DNA of 64,000 nucleotides from Vicugna vicugna. Its lineage: Eukaryota. The DNA is taken from NCBI GenBank assembly GCA_013265495.1, contig MU058824.1:4181111-4245110 (forward strand), read 5' to 3'. Shown one piece after another: positions 1 to 13,454 of this stretch. The stretch's first letter is position 1; every line of letters begins with the position of its first letter. The position numbers and the translations under genes were made by a program. Under the pieces are notes generated by a model. That model was not told where the DNA came from. It saw only the letters and a program-made list of their open reading frames with translations, and searched no databases.

Positions 1-2027
1 GAAGTTGTTTTTTATTGATTTGGACTGTTCATGGGCTAGATATTTGCCAAATCCATGTAATTCTTAGAGATAATTCTTGAAGAGATACATTAGAGCAGTC
101 TACTGAGAGGCTACCAGCCTAAGTAAAATGATTTTAGACACAATTCCTTGAGAGGAGAATAATCTTTGTGCAGGGAAATCTGTATTGTGGAAGTGAAGGA
201 AAGAAAACTTTGTTAAAAGGATGTGTAACCCTTATTTTTCCTAACCCTTATGGTACCCTGCTCAATATATGTAATGGTTAGACCTTCGTTGCATGTACCT
301 CCCTTGCCCCTCGTTCCCTTTAATTTGTGGTACTGTGGTGTGCGGTAGGCAGAGAGTGGAGCCTTTCAGCTATTTTCACCAACCCTGGTTCTGCTCTGCT
401 CCCAGAAAGACATGGGCTCAGTTTCTTGTTTGCTTTAACTCAAGAGTGGGAATAGTAGTTTATTTTTAAAAATGCTTGTCTCAGTGCTGGGCAGTAATGA
501 TCCTCCCTAGGTAAGTAGTACTCATTCTTGAATGGTTTAATGACTGCATAATAGTCCGCTGAGCACACATACCGTAATCTTGCTTACCAAATAATTACTT
601 GTTCAATGTTTAGGTTACTTCTAGTTCCCTTTTAAATTGTGGTTCTGATGTGATGACCACACGTGTTTGTGTATGTGGCTTTTCTCATATTTTGGAATAT
701 AGTCTGAGAATTTATCAGATAAAAGATCACTGATTCAAACTGTTAAGTTGTTAATAAAATCTGCCTGATTACTTTCCAGGAGATTAACATTTGCCATCAT
801 GGAAGCAGTGAGAATATTTGGATTTTTAGATAATTTGAATTTGACCGCTTGATTTTGTAGGCACCCAGACTTGGACCTAGAGGAGAAAGGGATTTATTGG
901 ACTCAACACCAAGCCCCTGACCAATCATCTTTTGTTTTTTTTTTTTTTTCTTCTAATAGGTTATGATTTGAGTACCTATGAGCAGTTGGTATGCAACTAA
1001 TAACAGTGAACAGTTTTTTTTCCTAGAGAGTAGTGTGTCCATTTTGGGGAAGGCTGTTCCACCTTCTGAGCAATTTGTTTTGTAGAAAGTACATTATTTA
1101 ATACTAGCCAGAGGTCATTTACCTGCACGTTCTGTACTTCACTTTTATGAGAAAAATGCAAATGATTGAGGAAGGCAGTGGTCATCAGAAGCAATTTTGG
1201 AGGAAGCAAGTTCTGGGACAGTATCTGGACCTAAGTCCCATGTTATTTTTAGCACAATAACTGATAATACTGCATTCTCCAAGACAGAGGTTAAATTGTT
1301 GATTACATTATGGTTGCCAAGACTGGGAAAGGGCACATTAACCAAAAGATGTCCTTAAAATAGAAATGTGTTGGTACTTAAAAGGTTAAACTGTTTTCTA
1401 TAATTTTAGTCTTGTGAAACGGGGAACAGTTTTGCTGGGTGAATTAGTCATAGTTATATGTAAATAAACATTAAAAATGGGAAGTGTGGGGAGTTGCAGA
1501 TTTAATTCCATCTCAGGGGTGTTTTCATGGCAGGGCTTTTGAAACATAGGTTGCATCTTGAGAGACTGCTGAAGTTACCATGTCTTTGTAATGCTCACCA
1601 GTTGGTAGGTTAGGGGAAAATAGAATTATGTATCGATTTTCAGATATAGTATAACCTCAGTAATTTTAACGAAGGAGCAGTTAGGGAAGTTTATGTCAGA
1701 AACAACTTAGAAAGAAACAAATTTATTTTCAAATACTTAAAATAGCTTTAAATAGGCCTTGAGGAATAGAAATTACTAATACAACTAAATTATAAAGAAG
1801 GATGTTACTTTAAAGTTTTTTTAACTACATGGTGTTTGAGTTGAGTCTGAAGCTTAGAGCCAGATAGACTTGGCTTCATATTATGGCTCTGGTATTTATG
1901 AGATAATTCACTTTAAACAAGTCACTTAACCCTAACTTACAATATGTGAAGATCAGAAAACTTAGTTCTGTTCCTGGCATGAAATTAACTATTACCAGAC
2001 TGAGGTTTTTAAAATGCTGTATTGAAT

Positions 2028-2169
2028 GGGGAGGGCATAGCTTAGTGGAAGAGTGCGTGCCTAGCATACACAAGGTCCTGGGTTCAATCCCCAGAACCTC
2101 CATTTAAAAATAAATAAAAATAAATAAACCTAATTACCTCCCTCCCAAAACAAAACACAAAAATTTTTT
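2028..2169 (+). mobile_element. tRNA-derived SINE (Vic-1-like)
   Basis: GGGGAGGGCATAGCTTAGTGG...GGTTCAATCCCC A and B boxes; A-rich tail; direct repeat aaatgctgtatt at 2012-2023 and 2170-2181. Confidence 0.88.
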
Positions 2170-2301
2170 AAATGCTGTATTACTTAGATTAAAATGTCTT
2201 AATTTATATCTTCATAATCAAATTAATACAGCTAAAATTCTGGAGAAGAAACTGTTGAGTATGGTACAACAGTTTTTATTTTATCATATATGTTTATGTT
2301 G

Positions 2302-2900
2302 TGTTAGTTTTCTGTCGTGTGTAACAAATTACCACAAATATAGTAGCTTAAAATACAAACCTACTATCTTACAGTTTCCATGGATTGAAGTCCCGGTATA
2401 GGTTAGGGCCTTGTTTGGCTGGAGCTGTGATTTCATCAGAGGCTTGATGTCCTCTTCCAAGCTTACTGGTGGTTGTTACAATGTGGTTGTGATTGTAGGA
2501 CTGAGGTCCCCCATTTTCTTGATACCACTCTCAACTCCTAGAGGGTGCCTTCAGATCTCTATCACATGGCCCCCTTCATACGCCTTCTCACAGCGTAGCA
2601 GCTTAGTCTGCGGGGTTGACAGGAGAATCTCTTTAAGAAGGGCTCAGCTTGTCTTTTGAGAGCTTTCTCTGATTATGTCAAGACATAATCTCCCCCTTTG
2701 ATTAACTGAAAATTAACTGACTTAGAATCTTAATTATAGCTGAAAATCCCTTCACCTCTGTGAAGGGGTTTATAAATTTAGGTCATATAATTTAACCTAA
2801 TCATGGGAATGAAATTCACCATATTTACATTCCTACCCACACACCAGGGAGGGATGGATTATACAGGAGATGTACACCAGAGGTGGGAATTCCTTCTTCC
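2302..2900. mobile_element. ERVL-MaLR LTR (MLT1-like)
   Basis: tgtgttagttttc...gtaacaaattaccacaaa...gcttaaaa terminal motif; extent approximate. Confidence 0.65.
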
Positions 2901-3534
2901 CTTCTCTCCTTCTCTCGCCCCCCCCCCACTCCCACTCAGTGTATTTTATTTTATCCAGTGGGGGCACTTGGTTTTGATCAAACTCATCTATCATTTTGTC
3001 CCGAATCTATAGTAACTACAGAATTTGAATATAGCTTTTCTCCATTGTATTGTTTGTCCTCCCTTTTTATGAACAAAGTGGAGGTCTGACCGATGGAAAT
3101 TGATGTGGGTAGGAGAGGAATATGCCTGAAAATTATTAACTTGTGATCACAGGGGTCAGATTTTGCCAGTTTTTCACTTGTGTATTTCTGAAATCTGTTT
3201 TCTCAGCCAGCTACTTGTACTAGCAGTTTGTAAGAGGGCTTCTCACAGACTGCTTTAGTTTGGTAGTTGGAAGGTAGATGGCCTAATTAAAACACTCTTT
3301 AGAGATACTGTGCAAATTTAAGCATAAGAAAATTGCAGAATATGAAACCTACATAAAGGAATAGACTATTTTGAGAAAGGAGGGAATTGCTTTAAAGTGG
3401 TAAAAGTACTCCTTAGATCTGAGTAAGGAGTCAGGAATGTGAAATATACTTGCTCCTATGAAATATTTTCTTACTCTTGCCATCAGGTAAACCCAAGGCT
3501 CCTACCTCTATTCCAATTTTTGTCTGTATTATGA

Positions 3535-3985
3535 TGTTTATTCATTTAATATTTTTATTGAAGTATTTTTTTATTTAATAATTTTATTGAAGTCAGTTTA
3601 CAATGTTGTGTCAATTTCTGATGTACAGCACAATACTTCAGTCATATAGGAACATACATATATTCATTTTCATATTCTCTTTCACCATAAGTTACTACAA
3701 GATACTGAATATAGTTCCCTATGCTATAGAGTATAAACTTGTCGTTTCTCTATTTTTTTAATATATTAGTTAATATCTACAAATCTCGAACTCCCAATTT
3801 ATCCCTTCCCCTTCTTCCCCCGCTGGTAACCATGTTTGTTTTCTGTGTCTGTGAGTCTGTTTCTTTTTTTTTTTTAATAAATTTGTTTGTCTTTTTTTTT
3901 TTTTAAGATTCCACATGTAAGTGATATCATACGGTTTTTTTTTTCTCTTTTTTGCTTACTTCACTTAGAATGACATTCTCTAGGT
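3535..3985 (-). mobile_element. L1 3' end, 5'-truncated
   Basis: ttttattgaagt...gtgagtctgttt...agattccacat...tacttcacttagaatga L1 3' UTR; flanking tgtattatg repeats at 3525-3533 and 3986-3994. Confidence 0.85.
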
Positions 3986-5534
3986 TGTATTATGGCATTT
4001 AAGACATTATTCTATAGTTGGCTGCTTGTATCTGTTTTTTTTTTTAAACTAGAATAAGCTCCTTGAGGGCAAGATCCATGTTTTATTTTCTTTTCTAACA
4101 TAACTGTTTGCTTACAGGAGGCAGTCAGTAAATATCCCTTGATTCAGCCATTCATACCTCATAGTGGTAAAGGAATGACCGCATTCCTGTTTGTTGTACA
4201 GAGATAAGCTTTAGTTCCTGTCCAAAACATTTTGTGGAGCAGTGCTAATGAATTCTAAAGTTACTGCCCTCAGGTGTTTTGCTTTTAATCTTCAGAAGGT
4301 CTCTGGAAGTAATTTTACTCTTAGCAACAGGCCTGGTTATCTCCTTACCAGGTTCATAGCAAAACCAGAAGCAAAAATTTGTAAGAGGGCTAAGGAAGAT
4401 TGTTATAGTAGGATTATTCATAAAATTAGCATGCCACTTGTTGATCTGTCTTTGCCTTCCTCTCTGGCAACTTCCTTACTGCCAGCTATGCTGAACATTT
4501 TGCAGTTTCTTGACTATACTGCTGTTTATTACCAGTTACCTCTCCATAGCACCAGTGTGGACCATTATCACAGAAAGATGATAGATTTTATATTGTATGG
4601 TGATTTGCTCTTGTTTCATTTTTTATAGCATATACTTCTTGAAGGTAGGAGACCATGACTATATTTTTGGCTTAGTGCTTGGCACAGAATAGACGCTTAT
4701 GTGTAAAGAAATGAATGAGGCCATGAAAGTAAAAACAAGACTTCCTTAAAGCATATAGTCTTTAGTGTAGGGACAAGCAGGTCCACAGACCTTATCCTCA
4801 AGGGCAGTTCACTCCACAGCACAGTAGAATAGGTGATATTCTTGATATCCGAGATTTAAAATGTTACAGATTAAGTATACATATAAGTTTAAGGAGATGA
4901 ACTCAAAATCTAGTCACACATTTAAAACATGCCGTTGTTTACTTTGGAGCTTATGATCTTTTTTTATTCCTTAGGAAAGTTGCTAGGTTTGTATTGACTA
5001 TAGCTGAGATCTCCAGAGTCAAATTCTTGTTTTTTATGCCTATGATCACTGTGGAAATTTTGCCACAGATGTTCTGAAATCTCTTCCTCTTCCCTTCCAT
5101 GGTCGTTGAAAGGTTGATTAAAAAACAGAATGAGGAAAAATTAATCATAGTCCAGGTTGACACAGTCTTTCCCTACTTAAGTGATTTTACCTCAGGTTTT
5201 CTTAACATGAAGTCTTATCTGTCGTTTAGGATTTCCAAATAATGCCAGCAGAAAAGATAGTAATAGATACTGTATGGGAAATATAGGAAGGACTTTGCAT
5301 TCTTGAGCAATGCTGTTTTGTCTTTAAAATTTTTTTTTTGTCAGATCCATTGCCAGAGGCAACCTTTGTCATCCTTATATTTGTTTTGATGTTTAAGATT
5401 AATATTTTCTTTCCAGTCTCTGCTAACAAAATCATCAAATACCTAGAAAATCCTGACTGTCCTTCATAGGCATGATTCTCCACATTGGTGCAGCTAGCCA
5501 TGAACTATCCTTTTCTTCTCCCTCTTTTTCCCAG

Positions 5535-5684
5535 ATATCTCCCGGGGCCAATTCAGCACCTCTACCTGGCCATCCTAACAAGGTGATTTGTGAAAGGGTG
5601 AGACTTCAGAGCCTGTTCCCTCTCCTCCCAAGTGATCAGAACACTACCGTTCAAGAGGATGCTCACTTCAAAGCTTTCTTCCAG
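5535..5684 (+). CDS. RNF38: RNF38 coding exon 2 (150 nt, phase 0-0; ISPGANSAPLPG...DAHFKAFFQ)
   Basis: Pyrimidine tract plus ccag acceptor ending 5534; donor CAG|gttctt at 5685; peptide matches the RNF38 N-terminus as I recall it. Confidence 0.93.
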
Positions 5685-7194
5685 GTTCTTATATGTTTAC
5701 CCTTTCCCTTCATAGGGCTGAAAGTCACGAGATACATTCTAGGTTGTTTCTAGGAAGACAAAACATTCTCAGTATCTTCTTCTTGCTTTTTATTGTATGT
5801 GGGAATGAGTATTCTTCTTAGAGGACTTCTTTAACATAGCTTTTTCAGCTAGCTTTTCTGAACAATGTTTATCTTCCCTTGAGATGCTGTTATTATTTGA
5901 CCACTTAATGTTCCTTGTTTTTGATCTTTTGGTCTTAATCGCTTGTCTTAATAGGTCAAATTCTGTAGAAAAGCAGCTGATATTACAAAATATATGAAAC
6001 TGTGTAGGGAAGGAAAAATGGAAGCATGTAAGATACTTTCAAAAGCCATTACTACTTATTTGCTTAGCATCCAGAGTTTAATAGTAATGCATATTTCAAA
6101 GAGAAAACATGGTTACTTGCCTTCTGTAACTTTTAATACCTGTGGGTAACGTGTGTTTAAAAATTTTGTTACATATGAAATGAAAACAGTGAGGTATGAA
6201 TGGACAGAAGCTGTCATTAGGTTATTAAAAGATTACTAGGATGTATTCACATAAACATTGGCTGCTATATTTATAATCCATTACTCCTAGAGAAGCGTGT
6301 TTTGGTAATGGAAATCATTATTACCACAAAGGAAACAGTTCCCAAATTGCTTATGGATGCTAGGGTTGGGGGCCAAGTTATGTATTGTATATGTGTGTAT
6401 AAACCTGAGGTAGTTGAGAGTTGCTAATCAAAGCTAGGACTTTTGGATAGAGCCAGCTCATTTTTTGTTTGTGTGAGAGTGACAGGCTGGGGCCTGGGAC
6501 TAGCTCTGAAAGAGAAATGCTTAATGACACATTAAATTGGAGATGTAGAATTTCTGAGGATAGCTATGCAGGTGATCCAGGGCTCTTCAATCTGATATTC
6601 CTCGTAGGAATTTGTTCCAGGTTCTCTGCTTTGCATGTATTCTCTCCTTCTGGTTTTAACCCTTGTAATAAACTAGTCATGGATGGTTTTCTAGATAAAG
6701 AAAGGCTCAGAGAGTCTCACTGAGATGCCCAATTACATATCTAGTTTAAATTAGCAGAACAGACTCAGATCCAACTTTTGCTGTTTCTTCTCTACTGTAT
6801 CATACCACCTTTGGATATCAATAGGTATTTCCGTAAACACAATTCAGTGTGTGTTAAGAGACATCATTGTCTGTACTGAATGGAATGGCATATTGACTGC
6901 CATTTTGGATACAGCATTAGCTTGTAATTGCTTGATCTTTAGTAGTAGACCAATATAGCTAAGGAAGAAATTGACTTGGTACCTTCACTACTGCCACCAA
7001 CAAACAGTTATTTGACACTTTCTATGTTCTCCAACCTTCCTTTGAGTCTTCAGGCATTAGTTTAACATTAACTTTAGACTCAGAGAGTAGCTGCCAATGC
7101 AATAGATTTAAACTCATGTTTTGAAAATAAAACCAAAAAGTTAGAGCCAGTTCCATTTGGGTGTTGCAGAAAGGTGAGAGGTATTATTGTTAAG

Positions 7195-7289
7195 GTTTTT
7201 TTTGTGTGTGGGGGGGTAGTTAGGGGATTGAACCCAGGACCTCCTGCTTGCTAAGCATGTGCTCTCCCACTTGAGCTATACCCTCCCCC
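7195..7289 (-). mobile_element. tRNA-derived SINE (Vic-1-like), short copy
   Basis: Reverse complement of the same head (ggggattgaacccaggacc...gagctataccctcccc); flanked by tgttaag on both sides. Confidence 0.85.
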
Positions 7290-10200
7290 TGTTAAGTTTT
7301 TATTTATAGTCCTTATTTAACTTAAATCTTACTTTTCTGTAACTATAGAACAAGGCCCACAGTGTACTTTGCTCCTAAGAGAGACTGGAAATTTTCTCTG
7401 TCCACTTACTGCCCTACCATTGTTCTGCATGAAGCAAAGTACAACCTTCTCACATCCCTTTTGAGTTACTAGGATACCTTCAACTAATTCTTACATGAAA
7501 ATGGGTGTGATTTCTCAGTTTCAGTTATGCTTCACTTCCTTAAAAAACTTAGTTGCCATGTGAAAAGCAGAACCTTACTCAGCCATCTCCTATCCTCAGA
7601 AAGTTATTCCCTTAATGCTTTGTGTTTTCTTAACTCTTGGCTTTCCCCCACGTTCCTTCCTTCCCAGCGCTTTCTACTTTTCTTTCCCTTTGAAGCCCTC
7701 CATCTATTCTAAATAGGCTCACCTACTTCCATTTTTTTCTTAAAGCACCCTCTTTACTTCATATTTTAGCTGAAACTAGTCTCTTTTCTGAGAACATTTT
7801 CCCTGCAAGCAACCTTCTTTAGGGATAAAGAAATTACTGAGTTTTTCCTGCTTTGAGCATGCAATTGGGTATGTGGCTAGTAAGTAGGATGGTCATAGAG
7901 GAGAAGGAAAGTGTTGAAACTTCCTTGGATCCTTGTTTCTAACCACCAGTCTTCTCTGAACAAAAAACTTGTATTTGTTTTTTTTTGTTGTTGTTGTTCA
8001 TTTTTGTCATTCATTTCTACTACTTAACAATTTTGTATCACTATCCTTGTTTATTAAAGTCTTTTACACTTTGCTCCTTTTTACTTGCTTGTTTTTCTAG
8101 TCAAAATCTTTCAAATTTTGCATGCTTTTTTACTTTTTAAAATTATGAAATATTTCATATATTCAAGTTATAAAATATAAAGAAAACACATGTATAATTT
8201 TTAAAAACCCACCATCCAGTTTAAAAAATAGCTGTCACCAATGTTTTTGAAGCTTCTGTATTACTTCCAGGTACTGTCCCATACCTGTACCTTGGGAAGA
8301 CCTCTGCTGAATTTTGTGTTTAGCATCCCTTTGCTTTTCTGTATGGTTTTTCCACAGAGTATCCCTCAGTACTGTACTGTTTAGTTTCTGAACTTAATGT
8401 AAATTGTATCATACCTTGTATATTTTTGTCATTTTGAGATTCATATTGATGCATGTGGCTGTTTACTGTAGGTTGATTTTCCTGCTTTTAGTATTCCATC
8501 TATGTAGATGTACTACTGTAGTTTATCCCTTCTCTTTTTGATGGACATTTGAGAATTTTCTAGTTTTATATTAGTATTACAGACAGTGCTGCCATGAATA
8601 TTCTTGTATGTTTCTTGGTGTACATTTGGTTGGTATTTTAATGTTTCTGTAAAAATGATGGCTTTGTGTACTTACTGCTCTGGATTTTTTGTTTCTTGTT
8701 TTTTGTTTTTTTCTGGAAGAGGTACAGGTATAGGCATATTTGCATCTCTAAAAATAAGCCTATATTTAAAATTAGGATCGAAGTGCCTCCTATAATTTTT
8801 TTAAATTAAAATTAACGTCTAGTTAACGTACAGTCAAATTCACCGTTTCTGTGTACCTGTCTGTGTTTTTGACAATACAGACACAGTGGAACCACTGCAA
8901 TCAAGATTCAGGACAGTTTCATCAGCATCCCCAAATTCCCTCACGTCTCCTTGCTATCAGTTTTAAAATTAGCAGTTTCTGTACTACCAGCCAATTCAGT
9001 GATTGTGATTAAAGATAGTATGGTTTCATGAAAACCTCAGGTACATTGTAGGGAACTTAAATTTCATATGTGGCACAACCCTTGATTTGTGGGGTGGGGG
9101 GTGTGTGTGCGCACGCATCTTAATGACAACTGTGATGCTTTATTTTGTACACTTATTAAAATTAATTAGGTGATTGAATTTTTCATGACTTAAACATGTA
9201 AAGAAATATACTAGATTTCTGAAAGAGAATACTAATTACTGTAAAAGTATCTTCTCCAGCAAATTTATAGACTTAATAAAAATTTTAGCCAAAAATATTG
9301 GAAATTTTTTACTTCAGAACTTTACTTTTACCCTTAAATTCATACGGAAGGTTATCAAAGGAAAGACAGGGACAAAAGCTTTTCCAAAAATTGTCATAAA
9401 GGGAAATAATGCCGTAATGATACTAAATTATATTATAAGGAAATAGTTCCATGTCAGTGAATTCCATCGTGTTAAATACAGTGGATGTTTTTCAGCTCTC
9501 ATTCTACATGACCTCTTGGTTGAATCCTTGAAACTCCATTACACTGGCTTTCACTACCATACTCCATTCTCCTCTTATCAGATACTCAGCATAAACTGTT
9601 GGAGCTTCTCAGGATTCAAAAGGACCTCCTTTGCACTGTATAAACTATTGTGAACAATTTTGTCCATGCCTGCAACTTCATTTACCTACCATCTATCTGT
9701 ATACCAAAACTAAATTTGTATTTCTAGACTGAGCTTCAGCTGTCTGCAGAACAATTCCTGATTTCAAGTTGGTTCTCATTGGTTTTTATTTTTTTTTTAT
9801 TTTCATTGGTTTCATGTTTATGCTTCAGATTATTTTATTGATATATGTTTACTGCTGCTGTGGAACTAAATACAATATGTAAAAACATTACAATTACAGC
9901 ATCAAGATACATCTTTTTTGCAAACCAATGTTTTCTGTAATTAAAAATTAAGAAAAATCTTGGACTTAAGGTTGCTAGTGTTATTCAGAAATTAGCCATA
10001 CAGGCCTACCTAAATTCAGCAAGTTATGGCCAAGGATATAGTAACATAATATTTTCATATAATATTTCATCCTATTCATTATAATGGGATTGCAGTGTAT
10101 TATACCACTAGAGTCCCTGTCCAAGCACTCACTGTACATAAAACTGTTCTTTGGCTTTTTTGAAAAGACAATCTTGGACCATATCAGAAAGAAAAGTTCT

Positions 10201-10516
10201 AATTTTTTTTTTAATGCATGCTATGGTGATTCTTTAAAATAGAACATTCAAAGCCTCTTTTCCCTCCCATATCTACAAGTGAAAAACGTCCCAGGAGGAT
10301 ATACTGTTAGTCTGGTTATGAGGTTGGATTTTATTCTGAAATCTTTTGAGCTGAGGACTATCAGCTGTCTGCACATCAGAAAATTAAACTCTTGTGTGAA
10401 TTACATAAAACAGGACTATATATGTTGTGTAGTTCAAAGGCAGTACAGTCACTGAATTGTCTTTGGTACATCTTCACTAGTAGGGACACATCTTACATAA
10501 ATCTGAATATAGTTTA

Positions 10517-10614
10517 GTGGGTGGGGGTATAGCTCAGTGGTACAGCACATGTTTAGCATGCACGAGGTCCTGGGTTCAATCCCCAGCACCTCCCCCCATT
10601 TAAAAAAAAAACAA
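10517..10614 (+). mobile_element. tRNA-derived SINE (Vic-1-like)
   Basis: A/B boxes; poly-A; TSD ctgaata(t/c)agttta at 10503-10516 and 10615-10628. Confidence 0.88.
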
Positions 10615-10783
10615 CTGAATACAGTTTAAACGAAGACCAGTTTCTGGAGAATTAAATGAGAAAATGTATAGAGACCATTTTGTAAATTGTGTAATTTAAA
10701 TATAAAATTGTTAATTTCCTGCTTTCCCCTGCTTATATCCTTCGTTTGGAAACAAAAAAGGACTTATCTTGTTGGTAATTCTT

Positions 10784-11359
10784 TTTTTTACTAAATTAAA
10801 AAAATTTTTTATTGAAGTACAGTTGTTATACAATATTATATAACTTACACATGTACAACGTAGTGATTCCGTTTTTAAAGGTTATACTCCATTTATAGTT
10901 ATTATAAAATACTGGCTATAGTCCTCATGTTGTACAATCTATCCTTGTAGCTTATACCTAATAATGGTTTGTACCTCATAATCCCCAACCCCTATGCTGC
11001 CCCTCCCCCTTCCCTCTCCCCGCTGGTAACCACTAGTTTGTTCTCTATATCTGTGAGTCTCCTCCTTTTTTGTTATGTTAGCTAGTTTGCTGTACTTTTT
11101 AGATTCCACATTTAAGTGGTATAATACAGAATTTGTCTTTCTCTTTGACTTACTGCATTAGCATAATACCTTCCATGTCCATCCATGTTGCCTCAAATGG
11201 CAAAATTTTGTTCTTTTTTACGCCCGAGTAGTATTTCTTGGTGTGTGTGTGTGTGTGTGTCTCTCTCTCTCTCTATATATACACATGCACACACATCATC
11301 TTTATCCATTCATCTGTTGATGGACACTTAGGTTACTTTCATATCTTGGCAGTTGTAGA
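10784..11359 (-). mobile_element. L1 3' end, 5'-truncated
   Basis: L1 3' UTR and ORF2 end; TSD tggtaattctt at 10773-10783 and 11360-11370; internal (GT)n(CT)n. Confidence 0.88.
11240..11281. repeat. Compound microsatellite (GT)n(CT)n(AT)n
   Basis: Directly visible, inside L1. Confidence 0.9.
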
Positions 11360-12443
11360 TGGTAATTCTTCATTAGCAAGTTGCTTTATGTAGAATGTCT
11401 TAATTTTCTAAGTGCTTTCACATCTATTATTTTAAATGAATTGAATTCAGTGAGTTTTCTCTCCTGGGCCATTTAAATTTAAAGGTTGTGGAATGAGAAG
11501 TTTCATCTTTTGTCAAAGATAGTTCAGGCAAGTAGAGAGAGTCTGGGCGTTTTTAAAGAGGATAGGGGACTCTTAAATCAAGCTATGCTTATTTATTTGT
11601 AAATCTGAGATGAATGGTAGTGCTGAATAAGTGGAGGAAAGACCTGGTTTTTGGAGATTTTACCTCCCCCTACTCTAGTTGCCCCCTTGCTCCTTTGAGA
11701 TTGAAGTCCTTGGGGGCTTACTTAGTGGTTGCTGAAGTCAGAGGCACATTTCAGTTACCAATTTTTATCTAGACCTTGGAACCTATTTCAGTTTGGGGGA
11801 AAGTTTGCTTGGCACAGCATGTCCCATTATCTTCAAGACTGCTGACTGAGGTATCTTTATCTATCTACCTATCCACACACAGACAGAGATATATATTATT
11901 TGTGTGTATGTATATGTGTATATATATGCACATATGTGCATTTTTTTTCTTTAGCATTTAATGATATCTGTTTTTTGTTTGTTTGTTTGGAACCATGAAA
12001 TGTTTTCTCACGTGTTCACTTCTAATAATGATGTTTGGTTGTTAAGATTTGGTGTTAATAGAAGTGTAGTCCTGTACTTATTTTATCAGATGCTAAATGT
12101 TAAGTATAAATGCTAGCTTGCTAGTTTTCTTTTGTCCTTCCTCCCTTCCTTCCTTTATCCCTCTCTTCTCTCCCTTGATCCCTAAATCTGCACCTGTATT
12201 CTGTACTGTGCTATCTCTACAGTATTCTGTACAGCTAGAGACAATATGTGAACCTGATTTGAATCAACATCTTATGAATTTAGGTTGTCAACATCTGGTG
12301 CTTTGTAAAGTCAGCCTACTGGCACAGGGTCAACAAGGAGGGACAGAATCTTCTCTCCCTGAGATTTCAAAATGTGAAATTTTCTGTTGTGGTAGTTTAT
12401 CCTAGGGACTTTTCCTAAGAGGATCTCAGTATCTTCAGTGGTT

Positions 12444-12611
12444 CAGTTTTTCTCAAAGTGTAGTCTCAGACCAGCAGCAGCAGGTGTCATGGGGGGTCAT
12501 GTTAGAAAGCAAAATTCTTAGGTCCCAATCCAAACTGTCTGAATTAGAGACTGGAAAGTGGACCCAACAATCTGGTATTTCTGACACAGGCAAAAGTTTG
12601 AGAACTACTGG
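12444..12611. mobile_element. MER5A-like hAT-Charlie MITE
   Basis: Terminal inverted repeats cagtttttctcaaagt ... agtttgagaactactg. Confidence 0.75.
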
Positions 12612-13454
12612 CCTAGGTATTGGAAGTATCCTTCCAAATTCTGCTTTGCATTTATTTCTGTCAAGAGTCCATGTGGTAACATAGTTCTGGATTAGTTTTT
12701 ATATTAACTTCTAAGTTTAGAGGTTCATAGACAACATGAGTAGTGAAAAATTTAAACTCCTGTCTTGGTGTGAGGAGCTGACCTGTGGTTTGAAATCTCG
12801 GAAATGATCCCTCCTCCAGTTCTCAGTCCATACAGAGTAGACTCTCTGTGCCAGTGGATGCCTTTTTCTAGTCCTCCCTTTTATTGAAAGCATAGTACTT
12901 GGAAATTTTAGCTTAATGCAGGGGTCTCAGTGTTAAGACCTTATCTTCTTTCCCTTCTGGGAGCATCAAAAACCAAATCTATCTGTTTTTTAGTTTTCCT
13001 CTTTGTTTCTTGTCCTTGGTAATTTCTCTTTTTTTTTCTGAATCCAGCAGTGCATTTAAAAATTATTTTTATTGTATGTAAGCCATTATTTCTAGATATT
13101 TTATATTAGGGTTTTCACATTTAGTCCATGATTTTGTCACAGAAGTCTTCATAGTTACTTTATATTAAAGTTTGCAATACTTATGTTCTATTCTGTAACT
13201 ATAACAGTGATCTTTCATGCCTTGTCCTATGTTGGTTATAATAATTGAAAACCAATAAACATTCTTTTCTTCGTAGTGTTAGGAATATCTGTAAAGTCAT
13301 TGCAGAACCAAGTAGCATGTTTGGTCCATGGAGGAGGAGATATAATCTTCTCACTACTTGTAGAATGCTTTAGGTGACAAAATGATATGGATTTGCTTTT
13401 GTCTTTGTCCTCCACTCTGATTGCCTTGTATATTCCTTCCTTCCTCCTTCCCTT

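Noticed and set aside
4242..4628. 128-aa intronic ORF (likewise 55418-55852, 144 aa)
   Set aside because: Non-ATG start, low-complexity composition, no recognisable homology; the second overlaps the L2 remnant
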